The notes: a model not told the origin generated them from the sequence alone. Counted from the stretch's first letter, positions 37,779-51,852 are shown. The stretch: DNA of 64,000 bases from Hyphochytrium catenoides (GCA_900088475.1 FLMG01002918.1:1-64000), one strand, 5' to 3'. Program-made: numbers and translations.

Positions 37779-40700
37779 TTATGACGATAGAGACGATGAT
37801 TTCGCCCGCGTGGTCCGCGGCCTCGCGCGGGACATGATGTCGGCGTTGAGGTCTACTAAGATCGCTGCCGCTGTGGGTGAGCCTGGAGATTGCCGATGAG
37901 GTCCTGCATCTGCTTTAGCCTCCCCTCTGCCCGCGCCTTTCTTCGTGTCTAATTCAGTGCTCGTTGGTCGTTTCTTCCCCGACTCGCGTGAGCCCTCTGG
38001 TGAGCCCCGGACAGCGGGACCTTTGGAGGTGCCTCTACCGCTGGGAGATTGACCGGCCGTCGATGCTTTGAAGGCTTTGGCGGTTCGGGAGGGCAGAGAT
38101 GAAAAGGGTATCACGACTGACAGAGGACTTGAGCCTGGTTGCACGAGCGGCTCAGAAGGTTCATCCTCGCTCTCTTGTTCTTGAATAGGAGAAAGTGTGC
38201 TATCCTTGCCCGATGACTGGTCTTTCTCTAACTGCATAAGGCTTGACTTAAGACTTCGCTTAGCTTTAGATCCCTTCTTCTGCTCAGCCGTCGTCTGCAT
38301 GGCCTCGGTAGCACTTCTCTTTCTAGATACTGGGGTGGCGCTTTTACTTCTTTCCTTTCGGTGCCCCTCGGTCCCCTTGTTCGGACTATCCTTACTTGCT
38401 GCTTTCTTCTTCTGCGTGCTTTTGGATCCGCGCGCGCTAGTCCCTCGTGTTGGAGTCATGGCACTGCCGAACCAATTCAGCCTGGGGTCAGCTACAAATA
38501 GGCTAATATTACCTAGAAGAGGCTCAAAGCACCGCAAAACAACTGCACCAGGCAAATCCGTAGAGGTTGAGGAGTGAAGGATAGGAACTTGATGGAAGAA
38601 GCCATGACAAGGAGTGGAGATGAGGCGTCCTCAAAAAAAGAAGAGCACACCTGTCCAGTAATGCTGGTGAGTCCTTTGCCACTGCTAGAAGTAAATGATG
38701 AAGGCCCTCCGAGTGCACTGCAGGAGAAGACGATGACCGTGAAGTTCGTCGCCCGCCGAAATTCAAAAGTGCCGCCCCAGCCAACACGTCGTCTCGCTCG
38801 GAAGAGAAGTCTCCTCCTCGTCCTGCTTCCAGTCCACTGCCTAGACGTCTCGATTTGGCAGTTCTACGGAGAGCGAGAGCCTTTCGTTAAAGACTATTCT
38901 GTACTTGCAGAGGAGAAGTCCATACCTCTTCTTGTGTCCTTCTTCCTCCTCACTCTGCAACGTGATGAGCTTGGCGTTCCGTGGCGCGAAAAGCCGCCAT
39001 CGCAGAGGCTATCCAGAGAACTGGGATCAGCGTCCCGAGACAAAACAATGCTTGATGGAAATATGGGTAGCATCCTCACCTTCGCTAGAGAAGTTGGCGC
39101 CTGTTGCTGCTCAAGCTCCCCGTCCAATATCTGGGTCTATCAGAGTGATGGGCACATACAATTGTTTAGGAAAACAATGAGCGCTCTCTCGGATGCCCCT
39201 TCCTCTGTGTCAGATCTTACTTCTCTCCACGCATAGCTCATTCTCCCTAAATTCTACATTCTACCATCTTTCGTGATTCTGACCTGCAATTTGAGCTCTG
39301 TCATCCTATCTAGCATCCAAGAAAGCACAGGGAGAGTCTGCTCAGCTCGGCCGCCAATGGTAACCACTAGCTTTTGATTTATATAGGTCTAGGAGGGTTC
39401 GCATGAAGAGAAAGACATACCGGCAATTGCTGAGATGAGCAGTATTAAGGTCACAGTTCATCCACGGACGACCCATGCAAAACCAGCGTTATGGCGGTAG
39501 GGACAAGACGGGTATGGCACGAACTCAGCTAGGGAAGAAAGAAGTTTCAAGGAAAGCGAGACCGGTAGACTTGGGCAATTACTTACCCCCTCAACCTCGT
39601 GCAGCCCTGCCGCTATTTGGCTCGCCTCGACGTTGAATTCAAACATCTAAAGAAGCCAAGTCTTAGAAATGCTATTTTCCCCGTTTATTGCTTCTCCTTC
39701 TGTCCCTGCTCTCAACTTTCCACGTGTGCCCCTTTGCACTCAGGTTCTTCTTCTTCTTCGTCAATTCCAAGCCATTTCAATGTCTCTTTCTAAAGGAAAT
39801 CGTTAACGGCTTACCGGGATGCTCCTCTTTGCGGCTGCCTTCAGGGCCTAGAAAAAGATAGGTGTGATACTGTAAACCTTACGCACCAAGCAAGCTGGCG
39901 TATCTTACCTCGATAGCCACCTTGACAGAGATTGAGGTGCCAACAAACATTAAAGCCTCTGCCTCGTCCAGCAAATCGCCCACCTGCACAAAAGCGGGGA
40001 AGAGAAGCACATGTAGTCCGCCGCGAAGCGTTCATAAGCTGAGCCCCTCCGATCTTGACAGAAGTAATATGCCAATGATGCCTTGCCTTCTTCCATTGAT
40101 AAAACTCATTTGATGTATATTCCTCATCGAAGAAAAGGGCCTAGAAATGACATAAAGAGCATAAGTTTGTCATCTTCCGCTGAGTCGAATCCCTGTCTCT
40201 CAATAAAGGTTAACCAAGACAACTGAACTGTGAATTTACCTGGGGTAGAATGGCTTCTTTGCAAGATGGACAGTGCGGCACCTGCTTAAGCTGTGGAGAA
40301 GACGTTAGGGGTGCTTTTCTTGGGAGCTTTGTGGTATTCTCTTTTCTAAGCTTTAGCTCCTATCTTCATCTCTCAGCCCTCACCTTCCAGACATCCTTTT
40401 GTTGAGTCGTAGAGTGTTCAAATGAGAAAGGTAAACGTATGACGATGCTCAGCGACGCGTTAGTCTACCTTACAATCACAGAGCCACCTACCCCATGTAC
40501 TGGCCGAAGGAAGGATAATAGCATGTTTTGGTCGAGAGTTGGAGGAGAGGTGAGATCAGATCACCGGCTTTCACTTGTCTTAGATACATTTCTTTGCTTT
40601 CCTGTACCTTCGATGAGTCTTTCCCAGCCAATCTCTTCACGCGAGAGCGATCCCTTCGATTTTCTGCAGGCAGCATTGACACATTTATAGAGCCCCACCC

Positions 40701-41575
40701 TCCCATGAACCTGAATTTGAAGGTTGTGAGACGATGCTGATTGCTGGTGGTAGGATAGAGAATTCTCGTGGAGCTAGATACAGAATGGGTGTAAGAAAGG
40801 CTAAAGAGAAGACTCTGAAGCCTCCTCTCGCAACGAACTCCTCTTCCCCACAACTACCCTTTGCCAACCTCTATGAGTTGCTTTGACTCAGGCCATTCTG
40901 TCTCTGTCTTCCTCTGCAACCCGTCAACGTTCTGGGTCACAACCTCCAGATTTCGACATCTAGGAAGAGACCAATCAACGGGCAGGGCAGGTATGGAAAG
41001 AGGGTTGACATAACGTCTGGAACGCGTAGATAGGACGACTAGGGGCACAATTACGCCACGCCCAGTGAAGGAGAGAGTGGAGCCAAATCAGAAAGCCGGC
41101 AGCTGATTCGTCAATGCGTGTATCTTTCTTAAATAAAGCACCGAAGCGATAGATATAGAAAGCGGAATATGGCAAGGTAGTGCCAAGCTACGTACCTCTG
41201 TGCCAAAAAGGAGAGGGCTTCATGACCAAGGTTAGGTTTAGCACAGAGAAAGTCCGGCCGCTCGTGAGTGGCAAGCCAAAACGTGTTCCACCACGCCAAG
41301 GGATTTTGACTAAACTTGGAACGAGTTCCCCAATCTAGGACATAGCGCTCCCACGTCGCGTTGGGCTGAACACAGGACAGGAACCAGGAAGAAGTGTGCA
41401 AATAGCCAGAAGACGGACAAGTTACAATGACGAAGCTCGTTGGGAGACTGATAAGTATAGGGCCTGGTCATACCTGTCCTCTGTAAGCTGGGATGCCGCT
41501 GGCCACAGAAAGTCCGGCTCCACAAAGGACAACAACTTTCTTGTCCTCAAGCAGAAAAGGGAGAAGCGTTTCCAT
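37779..41575 (-). CDS. Sir2-family NAD-dependent deacylase (sirtuin), multi-exon; catalytic core ~41575-39300, probable long disordered basic C-terminal tail to 37779
   Basis: Exons give METLL..KKVVVLCGAGLSVASGIPAYRG, AKPNLGHEAL, VVTQNVDGLQ, IE|VHGRVGLYKCVNAAC, VPHCPSC..ILPQ|ALFFDEEY, EAEALMFVGTSISV, FEFN and GRAEQTLP. These are the canonical sirtuin NAD-binding, catalytic His and Zn-ribbon motifs. Joining of the tail is inferred from in-frame splice sites (lower confidence). Confidence 0.85.
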
Positions 41576-42470
41576 AGTGCAGAACTAGGACTTGGCAGTC
41601 ATGACTCTGAAATTGGTCAGCCCTCTACTAATTCTGGTGACGATAGCTTTTGTCAAAGGGTTTACCGCGACGGCGTCAAGAGCACCTAACTCAGTAGGAT
41701 AATGCTTCAAGTTTCAGGCCACGGCGTTTCTGCCATATGTTGGCCTTAGACAGCTTCAGCTTCTGTCATAGCAGCTACGGTGGTACCATAGACACTGGCA
41801 TGCTGGCCCACAAAAGACACCCCGCGGAACCTTGTGCTGGCAAGGGAGGCAGAGCAGACGAAGAATTATTTGGCAACAACAGAGAAGGCGGTACTCCTCG
41901 AGGCCGGCAATGTAGACTACGAGGTCTGGAATCTCAAAAAAGCTCCGAAAAAAGCTCTGTAAGTCTTCGTTCTTGCAGATCCCAATTCGTATTTTGCGTC
42001 CTCGCCGCCCAATTTAGAATAAAGAATACCTTATGACCGATGATGCCCCATATCTCGCTGACAATTTAGAATCCAAGGTCCCAAAAGCTGTTGTGAAGTC
42101 TCCGAGAGCTATTAGGCCTTAATTGGGTCTACATCACCATAAAAAGTCGGACTTTCTCTTACCGTGAAAGGATTAGGTCCAGGAATAGAGATTCAGACTG
42201 CAGATAGAGAGTCACTCCGGCCCGTCTCTGAGGCTCTTCAAGGCAATCGAGCGTCGTTCTTATTTGAAGCGGGAGCGACGAAGATAGAGCAGAGTTGTCT
42301 TCGCGCAGGAGTGGAAGAGAGAAGACACCCATTGACTGGCGCTCTCCTAGCTGGCGACGGCTCTCGCTTTCCCAGCCCAAAGGATATTCAAGATCATGGT
42401 GTAGGTGTCAGTTCAGAGCACCCAGCCTTTGTTTGGGCGCGGGAGAGTGAAGAGTTAAGAGTAGGGAGCC
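41576..42470. promoter_or_regulatory. Putative bidirectional promoter region between divergent sirtuin and TRAPPC11
   Basis: Head-to-head start codons ~0.9 kb apart. No specific element identified. Confidence 0.4.
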
Positions 42471-45400
42471 ATGGAGTTCTACCCGCCTGAACTTCTGGAG
42501 CAGCCCATCCCGCTTGTGGCCTTTCTGAGCGGCAGAAGCGGCAAAGGCTCTGGATCTTCACCTAGGCCTAGAGAGGAGAATCCCAAGCTCGTACAGACGA
42601 AGACAGCGTTGGTCACCCACTTAGATTCAATCAATCGACTCTCCTCCGACTTAGGAGGGCTGCCGACACTGCATTTCTTCTCTCTTCCTCTAGACCACGC
42701 CTTCCCTCCGCGAAAGGAAAATGCTCGGCTGTCGAAGGAGAAGGAGCTGGAGAATATAGTGCCGGGTGGGATACTGAAGTCGAACTGGCTGGGGAAGCAC
42801 CACGCCCTTTTGCCAGCCGTGGCCCTAGCGGTCTTCGAGTTTGACCCCTCTATGGCACCGCAAGGTAGGCAAGACAGAAATGTCAGCAAGCTGGGACGGT
42901 TCTGAAGAGATGTGCAGAAAACCCTTGTTTAGTGGCATTCCCCGTAGCTGTATGATGAGAGGATGGCTAACAGGGAGAATATGCATCAGTAGGAAGGGAA
43001 GGGCCAGGGCTAATAATCGTTGCGGGCGTCCGAACAAGAAGACGTAAGGAAAAGGGAAGAAAGCGTAGGACGATACAGAGGAACAGTTGAAAGAATAACA
43101 AAAGGGGAAAGACCGCAAGAGTGCTTGGCAGCGGAAGAGGAGGAGGCAGGGCCAGGTCCCGCAGAGATCTCTACATTCGGGCGATTGTCGTACCTCTCGC
43201 TGTAACGGTTCTATCTATTGAGGCCTTAGTGTCCTTATTAGAGAAGAGAGAGGGAAATTGAGAGAGGGAAAGAGAAGGGAAAGAGGAAAGAGAGAGAGAG
43301 AGAGTGCTTTGATCTTTTCCCTATAACTCAGGATCTATTCGCGTAGAACGTTCCGCTGGCACTCCGAGCCCACCATCGCCGATTCTTCCTTTGCTCCGTC
43401 TGCTCCATGTGAACGATCCGCTAATATTATCTTACTCTTCTTTCCAGATTGGGCCATTCAGGAGACAGTGATTTCCGATGAATATGACCGCCTTCGCCGT
43501 TCACTGGGCTCTAGAGACTGTCGTATTATCGTGATGCTCTTGCACCACGACGCAGGGGGAAGAGGGGCAGGCGACCAGCATCTGCTCGATGAAAAGATCT
43601 CCTCTATGAGAAGAAGGACCGAGATTGACAGCAAGTCCATAGTCTATCTTAGGCAAAGCGATGTCTCCGCTTCCTCTGCGGTACTAAAGAAGCTGGAGAA
43701 CAACCTCAGAGCTTTGGCATATGAGTACTATAGGATACAGGCAAAAAGAGAAAAGCGGTAAGGAGTCTATTGAAGTCGTTCGCTGAACTCTGAGAGCAAT
43801 TTTTCTTTCAGTTATACCTCCCGCGCTTTGCCGAGTGGGGCCCGAGCCATTGTGACACCAATGTGTCTTGTCTAAACAGCACTCTTCCTCCTTCGCGTCT
43901 ACTCCTCCAGCTTACCAATCCCTCTAGTGAGTTTGCCATAGCCATGAACATGTCTAATGCCGAGGTGTGGTTAGGTACATGAAGTTTGTCAACCGGCCTC
44001 AGCAGCTTCCCTTGCAGATCCGCTATGAATTCAAGACTGCTCATTTCTACGAGTTCAGGAGACAAGGTGGGAGCTCTCTTTCTTCCTTCTTTCTTCCATA
44101 TCTATTATCTTCTCTGCACGCGTGATCTAAGTTTCTTTCTGTTTTGTCAACTCAGGGCCAAAGATGCTGAAACACTATGTAGCAGCTTACAGCCTCACTT
44201 GTGATTTGCTACAGCAGATGGGAGTGTTTGGAGGTGCGTTGAGGATAGAGAGAGGGCACATTATCACTCCACGAAAAAAAGGAGTCCAGAGGGGACTAGG
44301 ACTGAGATAGCTCTGCAGGGTTGGCTTTTTCTTAACGTCCGCCTGTGCGTTTATACCAGGAGGTTCGCTTCAAGTGCAAGAAGTGAAGGCGGTAGCGGAT
44401 TGGATCAACTTCAAGATCTGTAGTCATCAGGTAGATTTGTCCTTGGACCCTAACTAACGGCACGCAAGTCCTGAGACACTCACTCAGCTCCATGACTTTG
44501 CAACCTCCGTTCTTCCTTCCGAAAACCGTTTGGCGCCGGCATTTGACCCACTTTTCTATCCCGAGTTCTTTCTTGTTGCTCTCTCACTTGACCACATCCC
44601 TTATCTCTGTTCACGTGTCAAAGTAGTCATCTGCTTCCATTTTTCGGTGCAAAATATTATGTTTACATGATGACGTAGGTGTCGAGCTTGAATGCAAAGG
44701 AGGCGATACAGCAGTTTCGCTATCACATTCGAACCTTTGAGAGGGCAATTGGTCCCCCAGAAGTGGTAAGCAAGACAACTCTCGCTACCAGCACTGCAGT
44801 GAAGATTTTACGATTGGCTTAGGCTTTACAAGATCATGATTGCTGCACAATCGCAATAAGATAAACAAGAAGCCTAACCCTAGTCCTCTGAATCCTTACA
44901 TGCAGTGCTATGAGCACTGGCTGTGGATGTCTCGTCAGTTCAAGGTCTTTGCTCAACTGATGGAAAACTTTCAGGCGCTGGCCGCAGGCACAGCCCCACT
45001 GGGTCAGCCGAGTACAGGGTTGGATTCCACCATGTATACACAGCCGGTAGGAGGATTATGTCTTTCTTCTACGACCGTACATGCCTTCTATGTCTCTTCT
45101 TCGAGTTCCGTCGATAGCTTCTTCTACGGTCTATCTCAATTTTACCTGGATCGTGCTGCTGTCAAGTTCCAGAAGTGGTGCAGTTCGAGTAGGTTAAGTC
45201 TCTTTCACGTTCCTTGCTGACCGTCGCACTTTCTTGCCTTAATGGCGCTTCCATTTTTTCATTGTCTCTCCTTCTGCAGTATCTATATTACCATCTGGCC
45301 GCCAAACATGCCATCACCAGAAGGAAAGAGGCCCAGAGGCTCGGTGTCAGTCGTTTAGCCTTCTCACAGGTCACAGGAAGAGGAGACATTCCTTTGTCCT

Positions 45401-48400
45401 CTTTCACTGTTGTTCCTTCTCCTTATGTGGGAGGGGATGCCTCTGTTACCGTGGCTAGTAGTGTTCCTTCCCCCACCCCTACGGGTTCGGAGGCGCTCGT
45501 CCAATACAAGGACTCCCTGGAGAAGACTTCTAATCAGTCTGACGAGGTCATTGCGCTTCTTGACCGGGCCTATATGCAGTTTAAACAGGTAAGAGAAGCA
45601 AAGAAGAAAGAAGTGAAGAATGAAAGCTTGGAGCTGAGAGACATCTATGCTGACGGAGAGAAAGGAAACGAAGTATTTGTGGAGGATTTCGAGGCGCTAC
45701 CACTGATTGAGGGACTAATCTTCCCCTCGTTGCATCCTGCCTCTCTTTTCCTTGCTTTCATTTCCCAATGTTTCGTTGTCAGGCACTGATGAGTTTAGAT
45801 GTGAAAGGGGCGCAGAGTGTTGAGAACGCGAAGTTTGCCAGTCGGTTGCAGCTCCAGGTGCGACCCCATCGGCACTGCTTCGTCAGCGTCATCTACTTCT
45901 CTTCTACCTATCTCGGTAGATATAGTGCTGCTGACTCCAAAACCTGCCATTTTGATGACCATTTTCAGGTAGGAGAAGAGCTCCTGGTTTCTGGAAAGTA
46001 TGCAGAAGCAGCAGACAAGCTTGGTACTGTCCGTGAAGCTTTTACACAGCACAAGTGGTGGGCAATCGTGGCAGAGGTAAGGGCTTATGCGCTCTGTTCT
46101 ATCTCTTTCTCTCCTCTCTCTCCCGCGACCTCCATTCTCTCCCTCTATCCCTCTATCAGTTGTTATATCTGTTAGGCAACTCTACAAACATCCTTTGTCT
46201 CCTTGCTTCTTGTCAAATGTTTCTGTCACTTGTTTTGACATGCGTGACTGCCTTATTATGCAGATCCTGAAGAACCTGATAAAGTGCATGGAAGCACTGA
46301 AAGATGGGGAGGTAGGTGACAGCCCTCTTCTCTGCTCTTGATCTTCGGGCCTAATCTCAACCTCTTCTATACGTCAAAAAGCGCTACCTGGACTTTCTGT
46401 TGCAGCTTTTGTCACCGAGATTGGCGCTTTCAGTCAGTTTGGAGGAGAGACGATCCTGTCAGGAGCGCTTCTTCTACGCGATAGAATCTTCCCCCGGAGT
46501 GTCGTCTCCATTGTCCTTCGCCCTCGACAGCAATCGTTCGATATTTTCTAGCGAGGTCTGCCTACTTCCTTTATTTCTGCCCATCCTCTTCTGTGTGGTC
46601 TATTTGGCGCATCGTCTCATGCTGGACCGAGATTGTCTGTTGCTCGTTTGATTCCCTGGCCTGGCAGGTTTATGTTCTTCTCTATGTCTGCATACTCTAT
46701 AGATTCTCTCCTTTATAACACACTCCTCGCTGCCTATTCGCTCTGCCTGTGCGCGCTCAGGTTAGATTCTTAAGCTCAAACGTATTCGCGACTGATGAGG
46801 TGGCGGTTGAGATGACCGTCACTTCACACTTCCCCAGTGAGGTCACTCTGTCGCGGGTAAGCGAGTCAAAAGAGGCAGCCAAGCCATGGGCCAAAGGCGC
46901 AGCGCTTGGCAACTAGGAGTGAGAGACAAGGGGAAGCCATAGGGAAGAGAGTGAAGCATCGCCTGGTAAACGGGAGCCAAACTGATGCTCCTCTTTTCGC
47001 GCTGCAGGTGGAAGTCTGCTTCACGGATGCTCACTGCAATCACAGCTTCACACACAGTCCAGATATTCCATTTTCTTCCTTTGTGGAAAGCAGTCTGTGC
47101 TCTCTCACCCTTCCTCCAGAGAGTCCCGTGACCTTTATCTTCCGAGTGGCCACGAAGGTATCCTGTCCAGCCTTACACTCTGCCCTCTTTCTCTCTTTCG
47201 CGTGTGACTTCCTTCCTTCCGGTGTCCTCTTTTCTCGGGCCGTCTCTCTTTTCTTATACGTATCGAAAAGTAGCATGCCAAGTGTTGTCCTCCGACCTAC
47301 TGACGGTTTGCACATCCCACTGGACTGTTCTATTTGGCCCAGACTGCCAGGAAGGTCTTGCTCTGTGAAAGTATCAACTTCTACATGGGACACTCTCGAG
47401 AGTGCATCCTCACGATCAAGTCAGGGAAGAAAGGGTAACCGTGCCACGCTCACTCATAACTCTCCCACTCTCTCTTCTCTTTTCGAGAATTGCTCCTTCT
47501 TGCACCAGCCAATGAATGGTGGTATCACTCCCTCCTTCCTCATCCATGCTCCTGAGAGTTACTCTTTTGGGCGCTCTATTACCATTCCAAGGTCTGGGAC
47601 ACGCTCTTTCCTTAATCATGAAACTCATGGGTTACCGCTCTCCTTGTTTCAGGGGCCTGCAGATCGGCAGGCGGAGCAGTGTGGACCATGCCCGAGGAGT
47701 GGCTCCTGCTCTGGGGCGAGGGGCAGGTTCTCCCTCTTTCTCCCGGCGACATCCGAAGCTTGCTGAGCTTCCCGTTAGCCCCCGCACTGTTTCAGAGCTT
47801 GCGGATATCGCAGAGGATGCTGCAAACGGCAGCTACCTCGTCATTCTGCAGGCAAGTTAGGGGTCCAGGCCTTTCTTTCTGGGTCTACTCGCCAATGCGA
47901 TGGGGAGCCGTCGTGTTCCTTCTCGTGTTTTTTCCCCTGCCAGAACTAGCCCTACCTTCAATGGTGTCTGTTGCCTGGCATTTTCTATCTCTACTCTGCT
48001 ATTTCTTTAAAGTTGTCCTCTCCTGCATGTGCTCCATTCACCTGTAGATTCCTATGTCCCTATACCTCCCTCAGTGTCTCAACTCTATCCCATTCCGACT
48101 CTAACTAGCAACACGGTGTCCTTCTGTCCCTGTCCTCTCTCCTTTGCCGTCTCTCTCTCTTTGGCCCGGCCACTCCCTCCGCTCGCCTAGCCTCACGCAA
48201 ACCTCAGCATTCAGATGACAAAGATGCCGCCAGTGCTCGCGGGAGAGTTCCGAAAAGTCCACTTCACTCTTGAGAGCGGGGCGGATACTGTCATGGATGG
48301 TGAGGGGTCTCTCCTACCTATTCTGGGGCCCATCCGCGATCTACCCTTCCCACTCTCTTCATATTTATACCTACTTCATCTATCCTACTCTCCTGCTCTT

Positions 48401-50677
48401 GGTAGGCAAACGTTTCAGTCCCCGCACCTTCTTGCCGTTGCGTCTCCCGTTCCCCGATGTCTAAGCTTGTGCTCTCCCTTGCTTCTCCATTGTCTCCCCA
48501 TCTCGTTCGTCATCTCACCTCCACATCTCTCGGTCTTTGTCTTTCTCAGGTGCGAAAATGGTTCTCTCTTGCGATCCGCCTCCACGGTCATTGGAGCCAA
48601 AAGATGCTCTCTTTTGGGTGCAAGAGGGGACAAAGCTTTCTCCTGCCCCGTACCAGAACGGGGAACAGTCACTCCCTGTGAAGAGAATGAACGCACATTC
48701 TTCCCAACCGTTCTCATTCTTCTTCCGATCCCCGGAACCACGGAGCCGCTCACTGGTGGTGCAAGCTCACTATAGGACAGACAAAGGCTGCGAAGTGATG
48801 GCAGAATATAAGACAGACATCTCCTCCCATGCCGCCTTTGGGACCAGCTTCAGGGTAAGTTTCTGTTAGCCTTTTCCCTCGCTCCTCATGCCCCTTCGCG
48901 CTTATTTCTGTCTTTGTGCTCTCTCATTGTCTCTTGCAATGCCTCTCTTTCCTCTTCTGGTCCTTTCCTCCCGGCCGTATGTACTTTTCGTCTTTGTCTC
49001 TCCTTCAGTCTTTGAGTTCCGCAGCTAATCTCTTTCTTAAGCTTTCTACAGAGCTGCCTCAAGCATTGCTGGACGATGTGAAGACTCCAGATGCAGGAGA
49101 GACGCCCACTTCTCTCCCTTCTCCCTCTCCTCAGCGGGTGGCTGTGGACCAGCCGGTGCAGGTTCAAATTGACGTTTCCTGCGTCACAGAGCAGAAAATT
49201 GAGATCTTAAAGCTGGGCATGGCCGAGGTACAGAGTATCGTCCTCTCCACTCTCTTCTATCTCTTGGGTGTATCCGCTGGCCCAGCCTCTTTGTGTTACG
49301 TCGTTCTCTCTCTCTCTCTCTCTCCTTAGCCTCTCCTCTCGGATCTCTTTTTCTCTCTCTTTCTAGGTGCCTCTCTTTTGATTATTTTTCTCGAGTGGAG
49401 CCGGTAGTGTGGCTTCTTATTTGGATTTTTGCAGGCATAATTTCTTTTCCTCTTCTTCTACGCTGTCCCTGCCTTTCTTTCCCTTTCCACGTGATAGTAA
49501 GTGTTGAGCTTTGTCTCTCTCCATCTTTCCCTTTGCAGCCTCAGCAGGATAGCTGCTCTGTCATTCAGGAGATTGGCACCTTCAACTCACTTGGCGGTGA
49601 AGAGAAAGAGAAGGCGACAAGAGAGAGAACCTTTCTCTCTAAAGGCGATGTTCATAGTGTCTGCCTCACAGTCTTGCCACTGCTCACGGGACCACGCATC
49701 TCCTTTGGAAGTCTGGTCTGTGTCTGGAGACGGCTGGAAAGCGCGGACGGTCTGTCATCACCCATCGCCCCTCATCTCTCTTTCTCTCTCTCTCTCTGTG
49801 TGTCGCTCTCCTTCGGTACTTCTTCTTCCCCCATCTCGCGTTTTTTCCTTCTCTTTCTCCTTCCCTCCCTCTCTCTTCATCTCTCCCAATCTCTCTCTAC
49901 CTTTCCTGCTCCTCCGGTCTTTCGGCTTTCTTCCTGGCTCTCTTTCTCTCCTCTCGTCTTCACTCTCTCTGTCTTCTCCATAATGTATTTGTGCGGTCCA
50001 CACGAACCTCCCTGTCTTTTCTCCTCATGCAGAGAGAGCTCGACAGTCAAGGGAGAGAGAGGAGATCATGACGGAGCTAAACAGAGATGCGCTCAACGTC
50101 CACACACAGATTCCTCTCCCTGCCGTCGGCGTCGAACAGCCGCCTTTCTCTCTCCGTCTTCTCTCTCCTTCCGCCGCCTCTCTTGGCCAGGCCTTTAGTT
50201 TGAGCCTCCACCTGACCAACCACACGCCACTCTTCCAGTCTCTCTCTCTCTCCGTCCAAGACAGCTCAGAGTTCCTCGTCGCGGGTGAGATTGGAGGAAT
50301 AGAAGATAGGAGAGGAGAGGGGGATAAAGAAGGAGCTGTTTCGAAAGAAACTGGGGAAGGAAAAAGAACAAAAGGGAGAGAGAGCAATAAGAGAGAGAGA
50401 GGACACGAAGAAAGTGAGAGGAAGAAGTATCTGAAGAGGAAATGACTCAACGAGACCGATGAGTGTTGCTAAGAGGTGGAGCCAGATGTAGAACACGCAC
50501 TAGTAACGGTTCTGACAACTCTCTTTCTCTCTCTTTTCTCTCTCTCTCTCTTACCTCTGCATCTCGTGTGCAGGCACGACAAACACCGTGATAGAAGTCT
50601 TTCCGCACCAATCCACTGTCATTAGCTTCACACTCGTACCTGTCATCTGTGGTGAGCGGCCTCTCTCTCTCTTTCTT

Positions 50678-50732
<55 letters not shown>

Positions 50733-51198
50733 CAGTCAGTCAGTCTGTCTGTCTGTCTGTGTCTCTCTCTCTCTTCCAAGCTTTTATACTCTCTCTCGCT
50801 CTTTTTTTTTCTCTCTCTCTCTCTAGTTAGTTTTTGGTTTCTTTCTTCCCTTTTGTGCCATCCACTTTTGACCTCAACAACTGTCCTACACTTCTCCCAT
50901 TCGCTTGCTTGTCCTGATCTGCTCGATGCTGGTTGTTTTGCTTCTCTGCCCTCTCTCTTTCGCGCTATCTCTCTCTCTATGTGGCTCTCTCTCCCTCTGT
51001 CTCGCCCTCCATAATGTCTGTCTCGCCCTCCATAATGTCTGTCTCTCTTCCTGTTTTGCCACGTATGTAGGACACCAGCTGCTTCCGACTCTAGAAGTGA
51101 TCTCTCAGCGTTATCAGTTGAAGCTTTACTCAGCGGCGGAGACAAGAGAACTCTTTGTCTTTCCAGGACGCAAACAGCCGGCGAGAGTTGGAGGCTGA
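42471..51198 (+). CDS. TRAPPC11: Trafficking protein particle complex subunit 11 (foie gras/gryzun-like), multi-exon
   Basis: N-terminus MEFYPPELLEQPIPLVAFL and GILKSNWLGKHHALLPAVAL. Also IRYEFKTAHFYEF, VQEVKAVADWINFKIC, YEHWLWMSRQFKVFAQLM, YLYYHLAAKHA and C-terminal LVPVICG|HQLLPTLEV..LFVFP. A consistent chain of splice sites leads to stop at 51198. Confidence 0.92.
50661..50825. repeat. (CT)n microsatellite tract in the last TRAPPC11 intron
   Basis: Directly visible. Confidence 0.9.
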
Positions 51199-51852
51199 GG
51201 AGACGAAGAGCGCTCAAAAGACACAGAAATTATAAAGACAGAGCGCGAACAGAGCACACAGACAACGAGCAGACGAGAGAGAGAGACAGAGAGAGAGAGA
51301 GGAGAGAGGCTCAGGAAGTGGATTTCAATGGCTTGCACGGGTGCAAGGACAAAGGGACTCTTTCTGTGTGTGTCTCTCTCTCTTACAATACGTGTCCTGC
51401 TATGGACACCTGCCTATCACGCAGAGTGAATTGCAGAGAAAGAAGCAAGAGAGAGAGGCGCGGGTCATGGGAAAGAAATCTGTGTACTCTTTATTCTTTG
51501 TTAGTCCTGGTTGAGAGGAACTCTATGGCTGCATTGTGGGCCGCCGTCACGCATCTAAAAAATCTGTCTGTTTCTGCATTGAAGCTCTTCCAGAGCTCTA
51601 TAAATAGTAAGCTATGGCAAAAAAAAAGGAGAGAGAAAGTGAGAGAGAACAGCATCCATGGGAGAAAAGAAGACAAAACACGAAAGAGAGAGAAGGAGAG
51701 GGAGAGAGACGGTAACTGGGATAGAAAAGACGTTCCGCATCCTCCTACGAAACAGCGTGTGCTGAGAGGCCGCATTGGAGAGAAAAGAGTGGAGAGAAGC
51801 CCCCAATGAACTTTGTGCTGTCTTGGCAGAAAGAGAGACACAGACACCGCCC

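Noticed and set aside
38574-39236. 220-aa plus-strand ORF
   Set aside because: It is antisense to the inferred sirtuin tail exons and introns and has no domain signature.
42164-42490. 108-aa plus-strand ORF overlapping the TRAPPC11 start
   Set aside because: Non-ATG start and no recognisable motif; probably 5' UTR or promoter sequence.
50997-51045. 21-bp tandem duplication in the last TRAPPC11 intron
   Set aside because: Simple local slippage duplication with no evident function.
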